From contig OZ244160.1 of the NCBI GenBank assembly GCA_965216325.1, forward strand, positions 1,856,001 through 1,920,000: 64,000 bases of DNA, read 5' to 3'. Position numbers and translations under genes: made by a program. Positions 37,897 to 50,115 of this stretch are shown here, piece by piece. The number at the start of each line of letters is the position of its first letter. Within the stretch, counting starts at the first letter, position 1. The notes under the pieces are model-generated. The model had not been told where the DNA came from. It made no database searches and saw only the letters and a list, made by a program, of their open reading frames with translations. The stretch is from Coraliomargarita sp. Its GTDB lineage: Bacteria; Verrucomicrobiota; Verrucomicrobiia; Opitutales; Coraliomargaritaceae.

Positions 37897-38045
37897 CAGT
37901 CACCTCAACAACTCCTGAATTTCTGGCTTGAGAGGTGCAAGCTGCTTCGAGTCGTTGTTGGCGTAGAGCATCTCCATTTTGCAATTGAAATTGTCTGCGT
38001 CGGGCATCGATTGCTGCGAGTCTGTGTTCGAAACTGTCCTACTTT

Positions 38046-38085
38046 TGAACAATGCTATGCACAACTGTGTTCATTTTTGTGAGCA
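38046..38085. promoter_or_regulatory. Candidate tandem activator-binding sites (2 x TGnnCA-N6-TGnnCA)
   Basis: TGAACA-atgcta-TGCACA (38046-38063) and TGTTCA-tttttg-TGAGCA (38068-38085), 22 bp apart, ~300 bp upstream of a sigma54-like promoter. Confidence 0.4.
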
Positions 38086-38375
38086 CATCAGAGCGAGATT
38101 CATTTTTTTATCGTGTGAAAAAATTTGAGCTTGGCTGTCGGCGTGTGGTGGCTAGTGAGATGAGCTTGGACGGTACGCGTTGTTTCCGTCCCTGCTGGGT
38201 TTGGATTGTAAGGTGCAGTAATCCAGTGGTTTATGGTTTAGGAGGGGTTGGGTTTTTAAGCTTATTAGCGTGACTTATTTGCGGCGCTATAGTGATGAGT
38301 GCGGCTAGAGGTATGGATGCTCATGCATTAATTGAATTCATGTGTGGATTAAAAAATATAAATCCATCCGTAATC

Positions 38376-38392
38376 TTGGCATCGGACAAGCT
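38376..38392 (+). promoter_or_regulatory. Sigma54-like -24/-12 promoter of the urea operon
   Basis: TTGGCATCGGACAAGCT: GG at 38378-79 and GC at 38390-91 with 10 nt between; about 60 bp before the porin ATG. Confidence 0.6.
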
Positions 38393-38450
38393 AAGTGACA
38401 GCTGCGTGACTAAACTGAAACGCAACAACAAATAACTAAGCAAAAAACTA

Positions 38451-39245
38451 ATGAAATTGAAAAACTCACTTATTGCTGGCGCTACCTGCGCGGCTCTTTC
38501 GTTGTCTTCTCAGCTAATGGCTGAGGAGGAAAGCCCATGGTCTTTCTCTGCATCGTTGGACTTCAACTCACACTTCATGTCATACGGTGTGAATGTCTGG
38601 GGTGATGAAACTGAGGATATCGGTGATGATATTCTCTTTCAGCCTTCTGCACAGATCGACTATGCGATCTCTGATACGCAGGGTGTCTATGTGGGTATCT
38701 GGGCCGACATTAATAGCATTGCCACTGGAGACATCGACTGGGCCTCAGGGCTTGGGAGTGACATCCAAGAGATTGACGTATGGTTAGGTTACTGGATCAC
38801 GTCCGGCGACTTTACCGTAGATTTCACACTTCAGCAGTGGTATTATGCGGGTGAGACCGAGGGGATCTTCGACATCACCGTGTCGTATGACACGATGTTC
38901 TCACCCTACATTAAGATTCACAATCGTATCGAGGCAGTCGGTGATCAGAATAAGGGCACTATTTACGAAGTGGGTGGCACGCTCTATGAGGGTGAATACG
39001 AGGGCTTGTCCTACTCGTTCTCGGCGGGTGCTGCGTTCAACTTTGATGAGTATCACGTCGATGATGAAGACGGTTACGCTTATGCATTCATCGGTGCGAG
39101 CGCGAGCTATGTCATCTACAGCTCTGACAGCTTGGATGTCGATCTGCATGGTGGACTCACATACTACGACACAGATAAGGACAACACAGGTAATGCTGAA
39201 AGTGGTTACCTGACTGCTAACTTCGGTATTGGCTTTAGTTTCTAA
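38451..39245 (+). CDS. Outer-membrane porin-like barrel (TorF-like) heading the urea operon
   Basis: Signal peptide; YVGIWA and EIDVWLGY motifs; C-terminal FGIGFSF. Confidence 0.78.
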   Translation: MKLKNSLIAGATCAALSLSSQLMAEEESPWSFSASLDFNSHFMSYGVNVWGDETEDIGDDILFQPSAQIDYAISDTQGVYVGIWADINSIATGDIDWASGLGSDIQEIDVWLGYWITSGDFTVDFTLQQWYYAGETEGIFDITVSYDTMFSPYIKIHNRIEAVGDQNKGTIYEVGGTLYEGEYEGLSYSFSAGAAFNFDEYHVDDEDGYAYAFIGASASYVIYSSDSLDVDLHGGLTYYDTDKDNTGNAESGYLTANFGIGFSF

Positions 39246-39251
39246 TCGATC

Positions 39252-39286
39252 AGCACCCCGTCAGTGAATGACGGGGTGCTTTCTTA
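39252..39286 (+). terminator. Intra-operon hairpin (terminator or stabiliser) between porin and urtA
   Basis: agcaccccgtca-gtgaa-tgacggggtgct perfect 12-bp stem followed by ttctta. Confidence 0.65.
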
Positions 39287-39321
39287 TTCTTGCATTCATT
39301 AAAAACAATTTATCCATAATT

Positions 39322-40587
39322 ATGATCTCTAAACTAACAAAGAAGGCATCAAAGTTTGTAGCGCTTAGTGCCTTGACCGCCGTTACTGCTGGCGTCTCTT
39401 ACGCAGAGGAAGAAACTGTTAAGGTCGGTGTATTGCACTCATTGAGTGGCACGATGGCTATCTCCGAAACATCGCTCCGCGATATTCTACTGTTCACTTT
39501 TGACGAGATCAATGCCAATGGAGGTGTTCTCGGTAAGCAGATCGAGCCAGTTGTGGCTGACGGTGCCTCGGACTGGCCTGTTTTCGCGGAGAAGTCAGAG
39601 CAGCTTTTGGCTAAAGACAAGTGTGCTGCGGTCTTTGGCTGCTGGACATCGGTCAGCCGTAAGTTTGCACTACCGGTTTTCGAAAAATACAAAGGGCTAC
39701 TCTTCTATCCGGTTCAGTATGAGGGTGAGGAAGAGTCACCTAACATCATCTACACTGCTGAGGCTGTTGGTCAGCAGGCGATTCCGGCGGTCGACTACTT
39801 GCTCGCTGAAGGCTACAAGAAGTTCTACCTGATTGGCACCGACTATGTGTATCCGCAGACGACCAATATCGTTCTGTTTGAATACCTCCTCTCCAAGGGG
39901 ATTCCGGTTGAAAACATCGGTGGTGGTATTCGTTACGAAGGCGATGTTGCAGTATCTGCGGGTAATTACACACCGTTCGGTCACACCGATTTCCAGCAGA
40001 TTGTTGCCGAGATCAAGGACTTCGCCGCTTCCGGTGATGCTTGCGTGATCAACACGATCAATGGTGATGCGAACGTTCCGTTCTTCAAGGAAATTGCCGC
40101 GTCGGGCTTGACTTCGGACGACTGCCCGATCGTTTCTTTCTCACTTTCTGAAGATGAGTTTCGCAGTCTTCCGACTAAGGACTTGGTCGGGCATCTGGGT
40201 TGCTGGACATACTTTATGTCGATCGATACGCCAGCGAATGATAAATTCAAGGCTGACTTCCAAACATGGCTTAAGACCAAGGCACCTGACGCGGTGCAAA
40301 AAGAAGGTCGTGTGACCTGTTCACCAATGGTTCTTTCTTATAATGGGGTTTACCTGTGGAAGGCGGCGGTTGAGAAGGCTGGTACATTCGAACCAGAGGC
40401 TGTGATCAAGGCACTTGAGAGCGGCATCTCCTTTGATGGTCCTGGTGGTAAGGTAACCAGCCAAGAAAATCACCATGTAACCAAGAGCGTGTATATTGGT
40501 GAGACACTTGAAGACGGCCAATTTGATATTCTCGAAGTCATTCCTGACGTTTACGGTGAGCCGTGGTTGAAGGGCACGTTCAAGTAG
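39322..40587 (+). CDS. urtA: Urea ABC transporter substrate-binding protein
   Basis: [61 protein letters not shown] 39322 gives a signal peptide. Confidence 0.95.
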   Translation: MISKLTKKASKFVALSALTAVTAGVSYAEEETVKVGVLHSLSGTMAISETSLRDILLFTFDEINANGGVLGKQIEPVVADGASDWPVFAEKSEQLLAKDKCAAVFGCWTSVSRKFALPVFEKYKGLLFYPVQYEGEEESPNIIYTAEAVGQQAIPAVDYLLAEGYKKFYLIGTDYVYPQTTNIVLFEYLLSKGIPVENIGGGIRYEGDVAVSAGNYTPFGHTDFQQIVAEIKDFAASGDACVINTINGDANVPFFKEIAASGLTSDDCPIVSFSLSEDEFRSLPTKDLVGHLGCWTYFMSIDTPANDKFKADFQTWLKTKAPDAVQKEGRVTCSPMVLSYNGVYLWKAAVEKAGTFEPEAVIKALESGISFDGPGGKVTSQENHHVTKSVYIGETLEDGQFDILEVIPDVYGEPWLKGTFK

Positions 40588-40629
40588 GTTTTACGATCGT
40601 TCTTCATACTAAGTAGTAGTTTGCATTGT

Positions 40630-40659
40630 GGGGCTTGTGGGATTTTTCCTGCAAGCCCC
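40630..40659 (+). terminator. Hairpin after urtA
   Basis: ggggcttgtggga-tttt-tcctgcaagcccc stem with G-U pairs, followed by cttgttt. Confidence 0.55.
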
Positions 40660-40734
40660 CTTGTTTGGTGGCGTATGAAGTTTTTTTGAAAAAATCATAA
40701 GACGTGCCCGAAACTTGCTAAACAGGAGTGAGTC

Positions 40735-42387
40735 ATGATAACCGGATTATGTTGTAAGCTTTTGAAGAGGTGCTCCCTAGTGCTTTGTGTTTTAGGATGC
40801 ACGGTATTGGGCGCAGAGCAGCGGAGCGCTCGTTTAATTTTGTCTGAGTTGATTCTCGCTGAGGGTGCAGAGCAAAGTGCGTTGATTGATGAACTTTCAA
40901 ATTCCGGCGATCAGGTGATTGCTGAGATCTACGATGCGTGGCGAACGGGCGGGGTGTATACCTTGGAAGAAGGAGAAGAGGTCAAGCTGCTGCAGTTGAG
41001 TGAAAATCAGCAATGGTCGTTGGTTGCCACCGGAGAGGTGCTCTTGTTAACTGAGGATCAGGCTGCCAGCACGGAGAAGGAGCGTGCATCACGTCGCACG
41101 CGCAAGTTGATGAAGAGTATCATTGATACGCTTGGCTTAAAGGCCGAAGATCCAGCTGTTCGGATCGATTCGGCTATGAAAATGGGGCTTAGCCAAAAAG
41201 CGGAATTCATTGATGCCTTGAAGGAGCGTATCGAAGTGGAGTCCTCCAAGGAAGTGGGGAAGGCGTTTAAAGAAGCTCTTGCGATTAGTCTTTTAAAAAA
41301 TGGTTCTGAGGAGGAGATCTTGTCGGCTATTGACGAGCTTACGGCGATGAAATCAATTGCAGCGCGTGGTTTTATCGAGAAGCTTCTGCAGGCGGAGCAG
41401 GAAGCGGAACGCGCTAAGGGCGATCTTGCTCAAGCCTGTGAGCGTTCACTGCTTACGATAGAATCTCACATAAGAATGTTGGAGTTCTTTGGTAGTTTCT
41501 TCCGTGGCTTTAGCACTGGGTCGGTTCTGCTTATCGTTTCTTTTGGTTTGGCAATAACCTTTGGATTGATGGGGATCATCAATATGGCTCACGGAGAGTT
41601 TGTTGCGATTGGTGGCTACGTGACTTTTATGGTGCAGTCATTTTTCATCAATACATGGGGGATCGGTAGCGCAGCATTTGGTTGGTATTTTGTCGTCTCG
41701 CTGCCGTTGAGCTTTTTAGTGGCTGCAGCGATTGGCTTATTACTAGAGAAGTCGATTATTCGTTTCCTATACCGCCGGCCACTTGAGTCACTGCTGTGCA
41801 CTTGGGGTGTTTCAATGGTCATGCAGCAATGCTTTCGGCTCATCTTTGGTGCGGCCAATGTACAGGTAAACAATCCGGGGTGGTTGATGGGCAATCTCAG
41901 TGTCGGTGGATTTAGCATGAGTTACACACGACTTTTTATCATGCTACTGGCGCTTGTCGTGGTGATCATGACCTGGTTTTTACTCCGGAAAACCAACTTA
42001 GGTCTGCATATTCGAGCAGTTATGCAGAATCGTGGTATGGCAAGCAGTCTGGGAATTCCTGTGGCACGTGTGAACTCAATGACTTTTGCACTTGGCTGTG
42101 GCTTGGCTGCCTTGGGTGGCTCCGCACTCTCACAGATTGGTAATGTTGGGCCGTTGATGGGGCAGGCTTACATCGTTGATAGTTTCATGGTGGTGGTCAT
42201 CGGTAGCGTGGGGAATCTCCTCGGTGCTGGACTTTCGGCCATGGGAATCGGGCTGGTCGATCAGTTGCTACAGCCGTCCTTGGGCCCGGTAATGGGTAAG
42301 ATCACGGTGTTCTTTGTCATTATCCTGTTCCTCCAGTGGCGTCCTGGTGGCTTGTTCCCGACGCGCTCTCGTAGCTTGGACGATTAG
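40735..42387 (+). CDS. urtB: Urea ABC transporter permease with N-terminal helical extension
   Basis: [52 protein letters not shown]. Confidence 0.95.
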   Translation: MITGLCCKLLKRCSLVLCVLGCTVLGAEQRSARLILSELILAEGAEQSALIDELSNSGDQVIAEIYDAWRTGGVYTLEEGEEVKLLQLSENQQWSLVATGEVLLLTEDQAASTEKERASRRTRKLMKSIIDTLGLKAEDPAVRIDSAMKMGLSQKAEFIDALKERIEVESSKEVGKAFKEALAISLLKNGSEEEILSAIDELTAMKSIAARGFIEKLLQAEQEAERAKGDLAQACERSLLTIESHIRMLEFFGSFFRGFSTGSVLLIVSFGLAITFGLMGIINMAHGEFVAIGGYVTFMVQSFFINTWGIGSAAFGWYFVVSLPLSFLVAAAIGLLLEKSIIRFLYRRPLESLLCTWGVSMVMQQCFRLIFGAANVQVNNPGWLMGNLSVGGFSMSYTRLFIMLLALVVVIMTWFLLRKTNLGLHIRAVMQNRGMASSLGIPVARVNSMTFALGCGLAALGGSALSQIGNVGPLMGQAYIVDSFMVVVIGSVGNLLGAGLSAMGIGLVDQLLQPSLGPVMGKITVFFVIILFLQWRPGGLFPTRSRSLDD

Positions 42388-42408
42388 ATCAACGGCTTTG
42401 TTTTAAGT

Positions 42409-43518
42409 ATGCTTTCTACAGATAATAAAAAAGAGATCGGTATCTTTGGTCTTGTTGCCAGCTTGTTGATGTTGGTTCCGATGCTGAATGCATGGGGGCC
42501 GGAGTCAGGCATTATGTCGGTCAGTCCATTTCAGGTATCGCTCTGGGGCAAGTATCTGACCTATGCGGTTTTGGCGATGAGCCTTAATTTGCTCTGGGGT
42601 TACACGGGCTTGCTCTGTCTTTGTCAGAGTTTGTTCTTCGCGCTGGGCGGTTATATGATGGGCATGTATCTGATGCTCATGATCGGTGAGCGTGGCGCAT
42701 ATGGTAGCGTCCTGCCCGACTTCATGGTCTTTCTGGGGTATCAGGAGTTACCGCTCCACTGGAAACCCTTCTACAACTTTTGGTTTGCCAGTGGAGCGGT
42801 GCTCTGGGTGCCGGGATTGGTCGCGCTTCTCTTTGGCTTCCTAGCATTCCGCTCACGTATCAAAGGGGTGTATTTCTCGATCCTGACGCAGGCCCTGACC
42901 TACGCCTGCTGTTTGTTGTTTTTCCGCAATGATTTCACTTTTGGCGGCAACAATGGCTTCACGGACTTCAAGGACATCCTTGGGATGGACCTCAATTCCG
43001 CCAGCACGACGCGCTACCTGTATATCGCGACCGCGCTCTTGCTACTGCTAACTTACGCAATCACCTCCGGCTTACTGAGGTCAAAGTTGGGCAAGGTGCA
43101 GCAGGCGATTCGTGATTCGGAAAACCGCGTGTTGTTTTCGGGCTATTCGACAACGAGTTTTAAGCTGATGATCTTTGTGCTCTCCGCAATGATCGCGGGT
43201 GCAGCCGGAGCGCTCTACGTGCCTCAGGTCGGTGGGATCAATCCCAGTGCGATGGAGGCGGCGAAGTCATTAGAGGTGGTGGTCTGGGTCGCAGTTGGGG
43301 GACGCGGAACCAAGTGGGGGCCCGTGATTGGCGCCATCCTTGTAAATATGCTCAAGAGTTATACCACACAGGCGTTTCCGGACTATTGGTTGATTATCAT
43401 GGGCGGACTCTTCGTCTTTGTCGTCTTGGTCATGCCGGACGGTTTGGTCGGTGTGTTCAAGCAGGCCAAGGGGTGGATTGCCCAGAAGCGTTCACTCCAA
43501 ACCGAGGCAGCTGCGTAA
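42409..43518 (+). CDS. urtC: Urea ABC transporter permease
   Basis: [48 protein letters not shown]. Confidence 0.95.
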   Translation: MLSTDNKKEIGIFGLVASLLMLVPMLNAWGPESGIMSVSPFQVSLWGKYLTYAVLAMSLNLLWGYTGLLCLCQSLFFALGGYMMGMYLMLMIGERGAYGSVLPDFMVFLGYQELPLHWKPFYNFWFASGAVLWVPGLVALLFGFLAFRSRIKGVYFSILTQALTYACCLLFFRNDFTFGGNNGFTDFKDILGMDLNSASTTRYLYIATALLLLLTYAITSGLLRSKLGKVQQAIRDSENRVLFSGYSTTSFKLMIFVLSAMIAGAAGALYVPQVGGINPSAMEAAKSLEVVVWVAVGGRGTKWGPVIGAILVNMLKSYTTQAFPDYWLIIMGGLFVFVVLVMPDGLVGVFKQAKGWIAQKRSLQTEAAA

Positions 43519-43522
43519 CATC

Positions 43523-44332
43523 ATGACTGGACTACATCACGATCCACTTTACCGCGATACACCGCTGATTCTATCTGTTTCCGGTGTCGATAAATCCTTC
43601 GATGGTTTTAAGGCGATCAACGATCTCAACTTTTATTTGGAAGAAGGCGAGTTGCGCACGATCATTGGTCCGAATGGGGCAGGCAAGAGCACCTTCATGG
43701 ACATCATCACCGGTCGGACGGTGCCTGATACCGGATCGGTCACTTTCCATGGCAAAGACGGGCACGACATCAATCTCGCCAAGATGCGTGAGTTTGAAAT
43801 CAACCGACTCGGCATCGGCCGCAAGTTTCAGACGCCCAGTGTCTATAGGTCGCATACGGTCTATGACAACCTCGTGCTCTCGCTTAATCATGATCGTGGT
43901 GTCTTCAAGACGCTCTTTTACAAGGAGAGCGCTGAGGATAAGGAGCGCATCATGGAAGTGTTGAAGACGATTCGCCTCGAATCCCGAGTGAATGATCTGG
44001 CTGGCATGCTATCGCATGGACAGAAACAATGGTTGGAGATCGGCATGCTGCTGGCGCAGGATCCGAGTATCTTGCTGATCGACGAGCCTGCTGCTGGGAT
44101 GAGCGACGAAGAGACTGAGCGCACAGGCGAGCTCTTGCTGAGCCTTGAAAAGAAACACAGCTTGATTGTGATCGAGCATGACATGGAGTTTATCCGCCAG
44201 ATCGCACGCAAGGTGACGGTGCTGCATCAAGGTCATGTTCTCAAGGAAGGAACCTTCGACAAGGTTAAATCAGACCCTGAAGTCATCGAGGTCTATCTCG
44301 GTCGTCAGGGAAAGAAGGACGCAAACAACTAG
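43523..44332 (+). CDS. urtD: Urea ABC transporter ATPase
   Basis: SFDGFKAIN, GPNGAGKST, GIGRKFQTP, LSHGQKQWLEIGM; ATG 43523. Confidence 0.95.
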   Translation: MTGLHHDPLYRDTPLILSVSGVDKSFDGFKAINDLNFYLEEGELRTIIGPNGAGKSTFMDIITGRTVPDTGSVTFHGKDGHDINLAKMREFEINRLGIGRKFQTPSVYRSHTVYDNLVLSLNHDRGVFKTLFYKESAEDKERIMEVLKTIRLESRVNDLAGMLSHGQKQWLEIGMLLAQDPSILLIDEPAAGMSDEETERTGELLLSLEKKHSLIVIEHDMEFIRQIARKVTVLHQGHVLKEGTFDKVKSDPEVIEVYLGRQGKKDANN

Positions 44333-44341
44333 TATGGACCA

Positions 44342-45073
44342 ATGATTTCTGAAGCTGAAACACCACCTGCTGAGACATTGCTCTCAGTTGAGGCACTTAA
44401 GGCGAGTTACGATGAATCGATCATTTTGCGTGGCATCGATATGCTTGTCCCACCAAATTCAGTGGTTGCTTTGCTGGGGCGCAATGGGGTGGGGAAGACT
44501 TCGCTTTTGCGCAGCATCATGGGTTTGATGCCAAAGACTGAAGGCACGATTACACTTGAGGGCGAAACGATTAGCAACTTGCGTACCGATCAGCGTGCGC
44601 GCCTTGGGTTGGGTTATGTGCCGCAGGGGCGTGACATTTTCCCCAACCTCACAGTCCAGGAAAACTTGGAGGTGAGCTTGAGCATATCCGGCGAGGCAGG
44701 CAAAGAGCGCCTCGAGGAGGTCTATGAGTTGTTCCCGGTCATCAAGGAGATGCTCGGACGTAAGGGTGGCGTACTCTCTGGTGGCCAACAGCAGCAACTC
44801 GCGATTGGGCGTGCGCTGCTGACGAATCCCAAGCTGTTGATTCTGGACGAGCCGACTGAGGGCATTCAGCCGTCGATTATCGACCAAATTGAGGATGCGA
44901 TTCATCTGCTAAAGAAACAGGGCAATCTCAGTATCATCCTCGTGGAGCAGTACCTCGATTTCGCGAAAGCTGCCAGCGATACATTCTATATTCTTGAGCG
45001 TGGCAGTGTCGTTCTCTCGGGAGAGTCCGATGAGTTGACGGCTGAAGTCATCGAAAAACATCTTACTGTCTAA
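44342..45073 (+). CDS. urtE: Urea ABC transporter ATPase
   Basis: GRNGVGKT, YVPQGRDIF, LSGGQQQQLAIGRAL, LDEPTEGIQPSII. Confidence 0.95.
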   Translation: MISEAETPPAETLLSVEALKASYDESIILRGIDMLVPPNSVVALLGRNGVGKTSLLRSIMGLMPKTEGTITLEGETISNLRTDQRARLGLGYVPQGRDIFPNLTVQENLEVSLSISGEAGKERLEEVYELFPVIKEMLGRKGGVLSGGQQQQLAIGRALLTNPKLLILDEPTEGIQPSIIDQIEDAIHLLKKQGNLSIILVEQYLDFAKAASDTFYILERGSVVLSGESDELTAEVIEKHLTV

Positions 45074-45079
45074 ATACCC

Positions 45080-45382
45080 ATGCACTTAACACCTCGTGAA
45101 CAGGAAAAGCTGATGGTCGTGGTGGCTGCGGATCTCGCACGCCGTCGCCAAGGCCGCGGTCTCAAACTTAACTATCCCGAATCGATCGCGATCATCACCT
45201 ATGAGATTCTAGAAGGTATCCGCGACGGCAAGACTGTTGCCGACCTTATGAGCTTCGGCACTACGATCCTGAAGCGCGATGACGTGCTCGAGGGGGTCCC
45301 GGAAATGATTCACGAAGTACAGGTCGAGGGCACCTTTCCCGATGGCACAAAACTGGTAACCGTCCACAACCCGATCCGATGA
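45080..45382 (+). CDS. ureA: Urease gamma subunit
   Basis: [34 protein letters not shown]. Confidence 0.98.
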   Translation: MHLTPREQEKLMVVVAADLARRRQGRGLKLNYPESIAIITYEILEGIRDGKTVADLMSFGTTILKRDDVLEGVPEMIHEVQVEGTFPDGTKLVTVHNPIR

Positions 45383-45693
45383 TTCCAGGCGAATACAAAT
45401 ATTCCGATCCCGATGCATTGTTGACTGGGAATCCCGGTCTGGCGACGATCTGTATCGAAGTTTCGAATACAGGCGACCGACCAGTGCAGGTTGGTAGCCA
45501 TTATCATTTCTATGAGGTCAATGAGTCGCTTCAGTTTAATCGAGAGGTGGTGAAGGGCTTCCGGTTGAATATTGCTGCTGGCACGGCGGTTCGTTTTGAA
45601 CCGGGAGATGTCCGCGAAGTGGAGCTGGTAGCCCTCGCAGGTGAGCGCCTGGTGCATGGCTTGAAGAACAAGGTCGATGGGGCCCTGGATTAA
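45379..45693 (+). CDS. ureB: Urease beta subunit
   Basis: [37 protein letters not shown] overlap with ureA. Confidence 0.98.
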   Translation: MIPGEYKYSDPDALLTGNPGLATICIEVSNTGDRPVQVGSHYHFYEVNESLQFNREVVKGFRLNIAAGTAVRFEPGDVREVELVALAGERLVHGLKNKVDGALD

Positions 45694-45708
45694 CCTAGCA
45701 GTGATGTT

Positions 45709-47442
45709 ATGAGTCTTGAATTTACACGTCGACAATACGCCGAGATGTTTGGCCCCACGGTGGGGGTTCAAGTGCGTCTGGCAGATACCGAGCTCTTTAT
45801 TGAGATCGAGAAAGATCTGATCGCCGAAGCCGGTGGCTATGGCAATGAGGTGAAGTTTGGGGGAGGTAAAGTTATCCGTGACGGCATGGGGCAATCGCCA
45901 CTTGCGAAGGATGATGAATGCCTTGATTTAGTGCTTACCAATGCGACCATTATCGATCCGATACTGGGCATTATCAAAGCCGATATTGGAGTCAAAGGCG
46001 GCCGTATTGCTGGTATTGGTCATGCAGGAAATCCGCTGATTCAATCCGGGATTACCGAGAGCATGGTGATCGGTGCGGGTACTGAGGTGATTGCCGCCGA
46101 GGGCCACATTGTCACTGCTGGCGGGTTTGATTCGCACATCCATTTTATCTGCCCACAGCAAATCAATGAAGCGCTTTCCAGCGGTGTGACTACCATGACT
46201 GGTGGCGGCACTGGCCCAGCGACCGGCACGAATGCCACAACGTGCACGCCAGGGAAGTGGAACATACATAAAATGCTCGAAGCCGCCGAAGCCTTCCCGA
46301 TGAATCTTGGCTTTATGGGAAAGGGCAATGCGTCGAATCTCAATGCGCTACGCGAGCAAATCGATGCTGGTGCGATGGGGCTGAAGCTTCACGAGGACTG
46401 GGGCACCACTCCAAGCGCGATCGACCACTGCCTGAGCGTCGCCGATGAGTTGGATGTCCAAGTCGCAATTCATACGGACACGCTCAATGAGTCGGGCTTT
46501 GTTGAAACCACGATTGATGCCTTCAAGGATCGCGTTATCCACACCTTCCACTCCGAGGGAGCGGGTGGTGGTCATGCTCCGGATATCATGAAGGTCTGTA
46601 GCTTGCCGAATGTGTTGCCCTCATCGACCAATCCGACACGACCCTTCACGGTGAATACCATCGATGAGCATTTGGACATGCTTATGGTTTGCCATCACCT
46701 CGATTCCAAGATTCCCGAGGATGTGGCTTTTGCGGAGTCCCGTATTCGCCCGCAGACCATTGCCGCCGAAGACATTCTTCATGACCGAGGCGCGATCTCG
46801 ATTATGTCGAGCGATAGCCAAGCGATGGGACGTGTGGGCGAAGTTATCATACGCACATGGCAGACGGCCGACAAGATGAAGAAGCAGTTCGGTAAACTGG
46901 AGTCGGAGGAACATCCTGCCGCAGATAATTTCCGTGTGCTTCGCTATGTGGCTAAATACACGATCAATCCGGCGATTGCCTGTGGTTGTGCGGCGGATGT
47001 TGGCAGCCTCGAAGTTGGCAAGCTCGCGGATATCGTGATCTTTAAGCCGGCGCTGTTTGGCGTGAAGCCGGAATTGGTGCTGAAGGGGGGTATGATCGCG
47101 ATGGCCAACATGGGTGATCCGAACGCGTCGATCCCGACACCGCAGCCGATGTATTACCGCCCGCAGTTTGCCTCTTTCGGCAAGGCGCTTGCGAAAACAT
47201 CGATTACTTTTGTCAGCCAGTCTGCAATCGACAAGGATGTTGCTGGCGAGCTTGGGTTGGAGAGGATGATTCGCCCTGTTGCGAATACGCGTAGAATTTC
47301 GAAGCACGACATGGTGCTTAATGATTATTTGCCGGAGATCGAGATCGACCCCGAGACCTATACCGTCACCGCTGACGGGGAGGTTCTGACATGTGAACCC
47401 GCTGAGTCGCTCCCCATGGCACAGCGATATTTCTTATTCTAA
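45709..47442 (+). CDS. ureC: Urease alpha subunit
   Basis: [54 protein letters not shown]. Confidence 0.99.
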   Translation: MSLEFTRRQYAEMFGPTVGVQVRLADTELFIEIEKDLIAEAGGYGNEVKFGGGKVIRDGMGQSPLAKDDECLDLVLTNATIIDPILGIIKADIGVKGGRIAGIGHAGNPLIQSGITESMVIGAGTEVIAAEGHIVTAGGFDSHIHFICPQQINEALSSGVTTMTGGGTGPATGTNATTCTPGKWNIHKMLEAAEAFPMNLGFMGKGNASNLNALREQIDAGAMGLKLHEDWGTTPSAIDHCLSVADELDVQVAIHTDTLNESGFVETTIDAFKDRVIHTFHSEGAGGGHAPDIMKVCSLPNVLPSSTNPTRPFTVNTIDEHLDMLMVCHHLDSKIPEDVAFAESRIRPQTIAAEDILHDRGAISIMSSDSQAMGRVGEVIIRTWQTADKMKKQFGKLESEEHPAADNFRVLRYVAKYTINPAIACGCAADVGSLEVGKLADIVIFKPALFGVKPELVLKGGMIAMANMGDPNASIPTPQPMYYRPQFASFGKALAKTSITFVSQSAIDKDVAGELGLERMIRPVANTRRISKHDMVLNDYLPEIEIDPETYTVTADGEVLTCEPAESLPMAQRYFLF

Positions 47443-47444
47443 GT

Positions 47445-47900
47445 ATGCACCTTATTACCCAAGCGCTACCCGCAGTTCCTGAAGGTTTAACTATAGTCAA
47501 AGTTGAAGTCGATCGCCACAAGTTGGCGCGCCGACGTTGGCGTGGCACCGCTGCGGATGGCAGTGATTTCGGCTTTGATGTGAATGAATCGCTCAGTCAT
47601 GGGGACTGTATCCATGCAACGGATACAGAGGTATATGTGATCGAACAGAGCCCGGAAGACTGTTTCCTCGTGCCGATCAAGGCGGCGAAGGAAGCTGCAT
47701 GGATCGGTTGGATGATTGGCAACCTCCATTTTAAAGCCGCGTTCACTGAGGAGGGGGTCTTGGTGCAGGACGACCTGGCTGTTCAGCAAATGCTGGAGCG
47801 AGAGCATATCCATTACCACAAGGTGAAGCAGGTTTTTCAGCCAGCCAAGCAGGGCGGGCATTCGTATGACCACGAGCATCACCACCATCACTCGCATTAA
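47445..47900 (+). CDS. ureE: Urease accessory Ni chaperone
   Basis: IGNLH motif, C-terminal His tract HSYDHEHHHHHSH, position in operon. Confidence 0.9.
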   Translation: MHLITQALPAVPEGLTIVKVEVDRHKLARRRWRGTAADGSDFGFDVNESLSHGDCIHATDTEVYVIEQSPEDCFLVPIKAAKEAAWIGWMIGNLHFKAAFTEEGVLVQDDLAVQQMLEREHIHYHKVKQVFQPAKQGGHSYDHEHHHHHSH

Positions 47901-47903
47901 GCA

Positions 47904-48611
47904 ATGATGCCTTCGGATCAGACTGCGGATTGGGTGCCTGCGCTTTTGCAGATCTCGGATCCTTTGTTTCCCACGGGAGCTTATGCGCATTCAATGGGCT
48001 TGGAGCAGTGGGCGGAGACGTGCGGGTATCGCACAGCTGAGGATTTGATCGAGTTTTTCGAGAGCCATGCAGGGCCCTCCTTGCAGCGCTTAGAGTTGCC
48101 CTACCTGCGTTACGCGGTGGCAGCGTTGCGTGTCAGTGACATGGAAGCACTCTTCACGCTCGAATCCGAGATCGATGCGTGGAAGTGGGCTAGTGAGATC
48201 CGAGAGGCGAGTATTTCGCAGGGGCGTGGACGCTTGCGCTTGCTGAAGAAACTCTGGGATGGATCCGAGTATATTAATGCGTACTCACAAGCCTTTGTCG
48301 CTGGGCGAGTCCGAGGACACCATCTCATCGTCAGTGCCTTGCAGTTCGAACGTTTATCCGTTCCGGATGAGGCGGCGTTGATGACCTATGGCTATCAGAG
48401 TTTAGCCAATTTTGTTTCGGCCTCGGTGAAGTTGTTGCGTATCAGCCCCGAGGCCGCTCAGCGCGCGTTGCACGCTGGCTTGGAGATGTTGCCAGCTTGG
48501 GTGGCACAGTCTCAGCAAGTGGAACGCGAAGAGGCCGGTTGGTTTGCGCCTGCGTTCGATATCGCTTGCGCGCGTCATGCTTCGGCCTTCTCACGACTTT
48601 TTATTTCTTAA
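47904..48611 (+). CDS. ureF: Urease accessory protein
   Basis: [20 protein letters not shown]; ends [12 protein letters not shown]. Confidence 0.93.
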   Translation: MMPSDQTADWVPALLQISDPLFPTGAYAHSMGLEQWAETCGYRTAEDLIEFFESHAGPSLQRLELPYLRYAVAALRVSDMEALFTLESEIDAWKWASEIREASISQGRGRLRLLKKLWDGSEYINAYSQAFVAGRVRGHHLIVSALQFERLSVPDEAALMTYGYQSLANFVSASVKLLRISPEAAQRALHAGLEMLPAWVAQSQQVEREEAGWFAPAFDIACARHASAFSRLFIS

Positions 48612-48616
48612 TTGCT

Positions 48617-49246
48617 ATGACAGATATAAACACTCCTCGACCTGTTCGTGTTGGCATTGGAGGCCCCGTCGGCTCCGGTAAGACGATGTTGCTGCTCCGT
48701 CTGATCGAAGTTCTGCACGAGCGCTACTCACTTGTCGCGATTACCAACGATATTTACACCAAGGAGGATGAGCAGTTCCTAGTGAAGAACAGTCCTCTGG
48801 AAGGTAGCCGCATTCTCGGGGTTGAGACCGGAGGCTGCCCGCATACCGCGATCCGTGATGATACGAGTATGAACGAAGTGGCGATCGAAGATCTGACGAT
48901 GCGCCACCCGGACACCCAGGTGGTCTTGATGGAGAGTGGGGGCGACAACCTGTCGGCGACTTATTCACCCGATCTTGTGGATGCCTTCATTTATGTAATC
49001 GATGTGGCCGAAGGGGACAAGATCCCACGGAAAGGTGGGCCGGCGATTCGCTTTTCGGATTTGATGATCATTAACAAGACTGAGCTTGCTCCTTATGTGG
49101 GTGCAGATCTTGAGGTGATGGACCGGGATTCTAAGAAGATGCGTGAGGAGCGTCCCTATGTGTTCTGCGATCTAAAGAGTTATCAGGGTTTGGACGCAGT
49201 CATCGGCTGGCTGGAGAAAGAATGTTTCTTTGCGATTAAGCACTAA
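48617..49246 (+). CDS. ureG: Urease accessory GTPase
   Basis: [40 protein letters not shown] 48617. Confidence 0.97.
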   Translation: MTDINTPRPVRVGIGGPVGSGKTMLLLRLIEVLHERYSLVAITNDIYTKEDEQFLVKNSPLEGSRILGVETGGCPHTAIRDDTSMNEVAIEDLTMRHPDTQVVLMESGGDNLSATYSPDLVDAFIYVIDVAEGDKIPRKGGPAIRFSDLMIINKTELAPYVGADLEVMDRDSKKMREERPYVFCDLKSYQGLDAVIGWLEKECFFAIKH

Positions 49247-50106
49247 TGTTGGCTGAACCCATAGAATCTGTATCCGGACGTCCAGCTGTGCATGGTGGGG
49301 CACGCTTACGCTATGAGTTCACCCCTGGTGTTGGCACCCGCTTGCAAGAGCAGTGGGTGCGCCCACCTTTGCATTTGGCGAAGGCCTACCACGAGGAGGA
49401 CTGGGCGATCAGTATACTGACCAGTCCCACGGCTGGCTTGCTGGATGGAGATTTACTCGAAGTTGAGGCAACGATCGCCGCTGGCGCACGGGCGGCGCTG
49501 ATCAGTCCGGCAGCCTGCCGCGTGCATACGATGGCACAGGGGTATGCGAGGGTTGAGCAAGGCTACCGCGTGGAATCCGGTGCGGTGTTGGATGTCTGGC
49601 CCGCGCCGCTGGTGTTACAGAAGGATGCTTCACTGAAGCAGTCAACGCGGATGGATGTGGCGGCAGATGCGACCGTGCTGTTGTGTGAAGTGATCAGCCC
49701 CGGGCGTGCTGCCTACGGTGAGCGATTTGAATTCCGAGAGTGGTCGTCTCAGCTGAAGATTTTCCGCGAAGGTGAGTTGTTGGCCTATGAAAACTTCAGC
49801 TGTAGGCCGGACGCTGGCGATCTGTCCGATTGGTGCGGTCTGTATCCAGATGGCAGTTATGCCAGTTTCTATTATTTAACACCGGAGCCGCTAGCTGACT
49901 TGGTTCAACAGTTGCACGATTTGGAAACGCCGGAGGCCATGATTGGTGCGAGTCCCTTGCGCGAGGGCGGCATGGGCATCAAAATTCTGGCAGCGGATGG
50001 CATTCAATTGCGCAAGGCTGTCTTTTTGGTGCGGAATCTGCTCATCCTGCACTCTCAACAAAATTACCCATATGCGCTGCAACGCGCTCAAACATTTTTT
50101 CACTAG
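49246..50106 (+). CDS. ureD: Urease accessory protein
   Basis: RPPLHLAK, PTAGLLDGD, PGRAAYGERFEF; TAATG coupling to ureG. Confidence 0.88.
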   Translation: MLAEPIESVSGRPAVHGGARLRYEFTPGVGTRLQEQWVRPPLHLAKAYHEEDWAISILTSPTAGLLDGDLLEVEATIAAGARAALISPAACRVHTMAQGYARVEQGYRVESGAVLDVWPAPLVLQKDASLKQSTRMDVAADATVLLCEVISPGRAAYGERFEFREWSSQLKIFREGELLAYENFSCRPDAGDLSDWCGLYPDGSYASFYYLTPEPLADLVQQLHDLETPEAMIGASPLREGGMGIKILAADGIQLRKAVFLVRNLLILHSQQNYPYALQRAQTFFH

Positions 50107-50115
50107 ATAAGTATT

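Noticed and set aside
39268..39321. Longer upstream starts in the ORF track for urtA (similarly urtD, ureG, def and the ORF listed at 33690)
   Set aside because: The extensions overlap a hairpin, a neighbouring gene or a probable promoter region; downstream ATGs give more plausible N-termini.
40703..40719. Sigma54-like cgtgcccgaaacttgct upstream of urtB
   Set aside because: Good -12 TTGC but lacks the invariant GG at -24.
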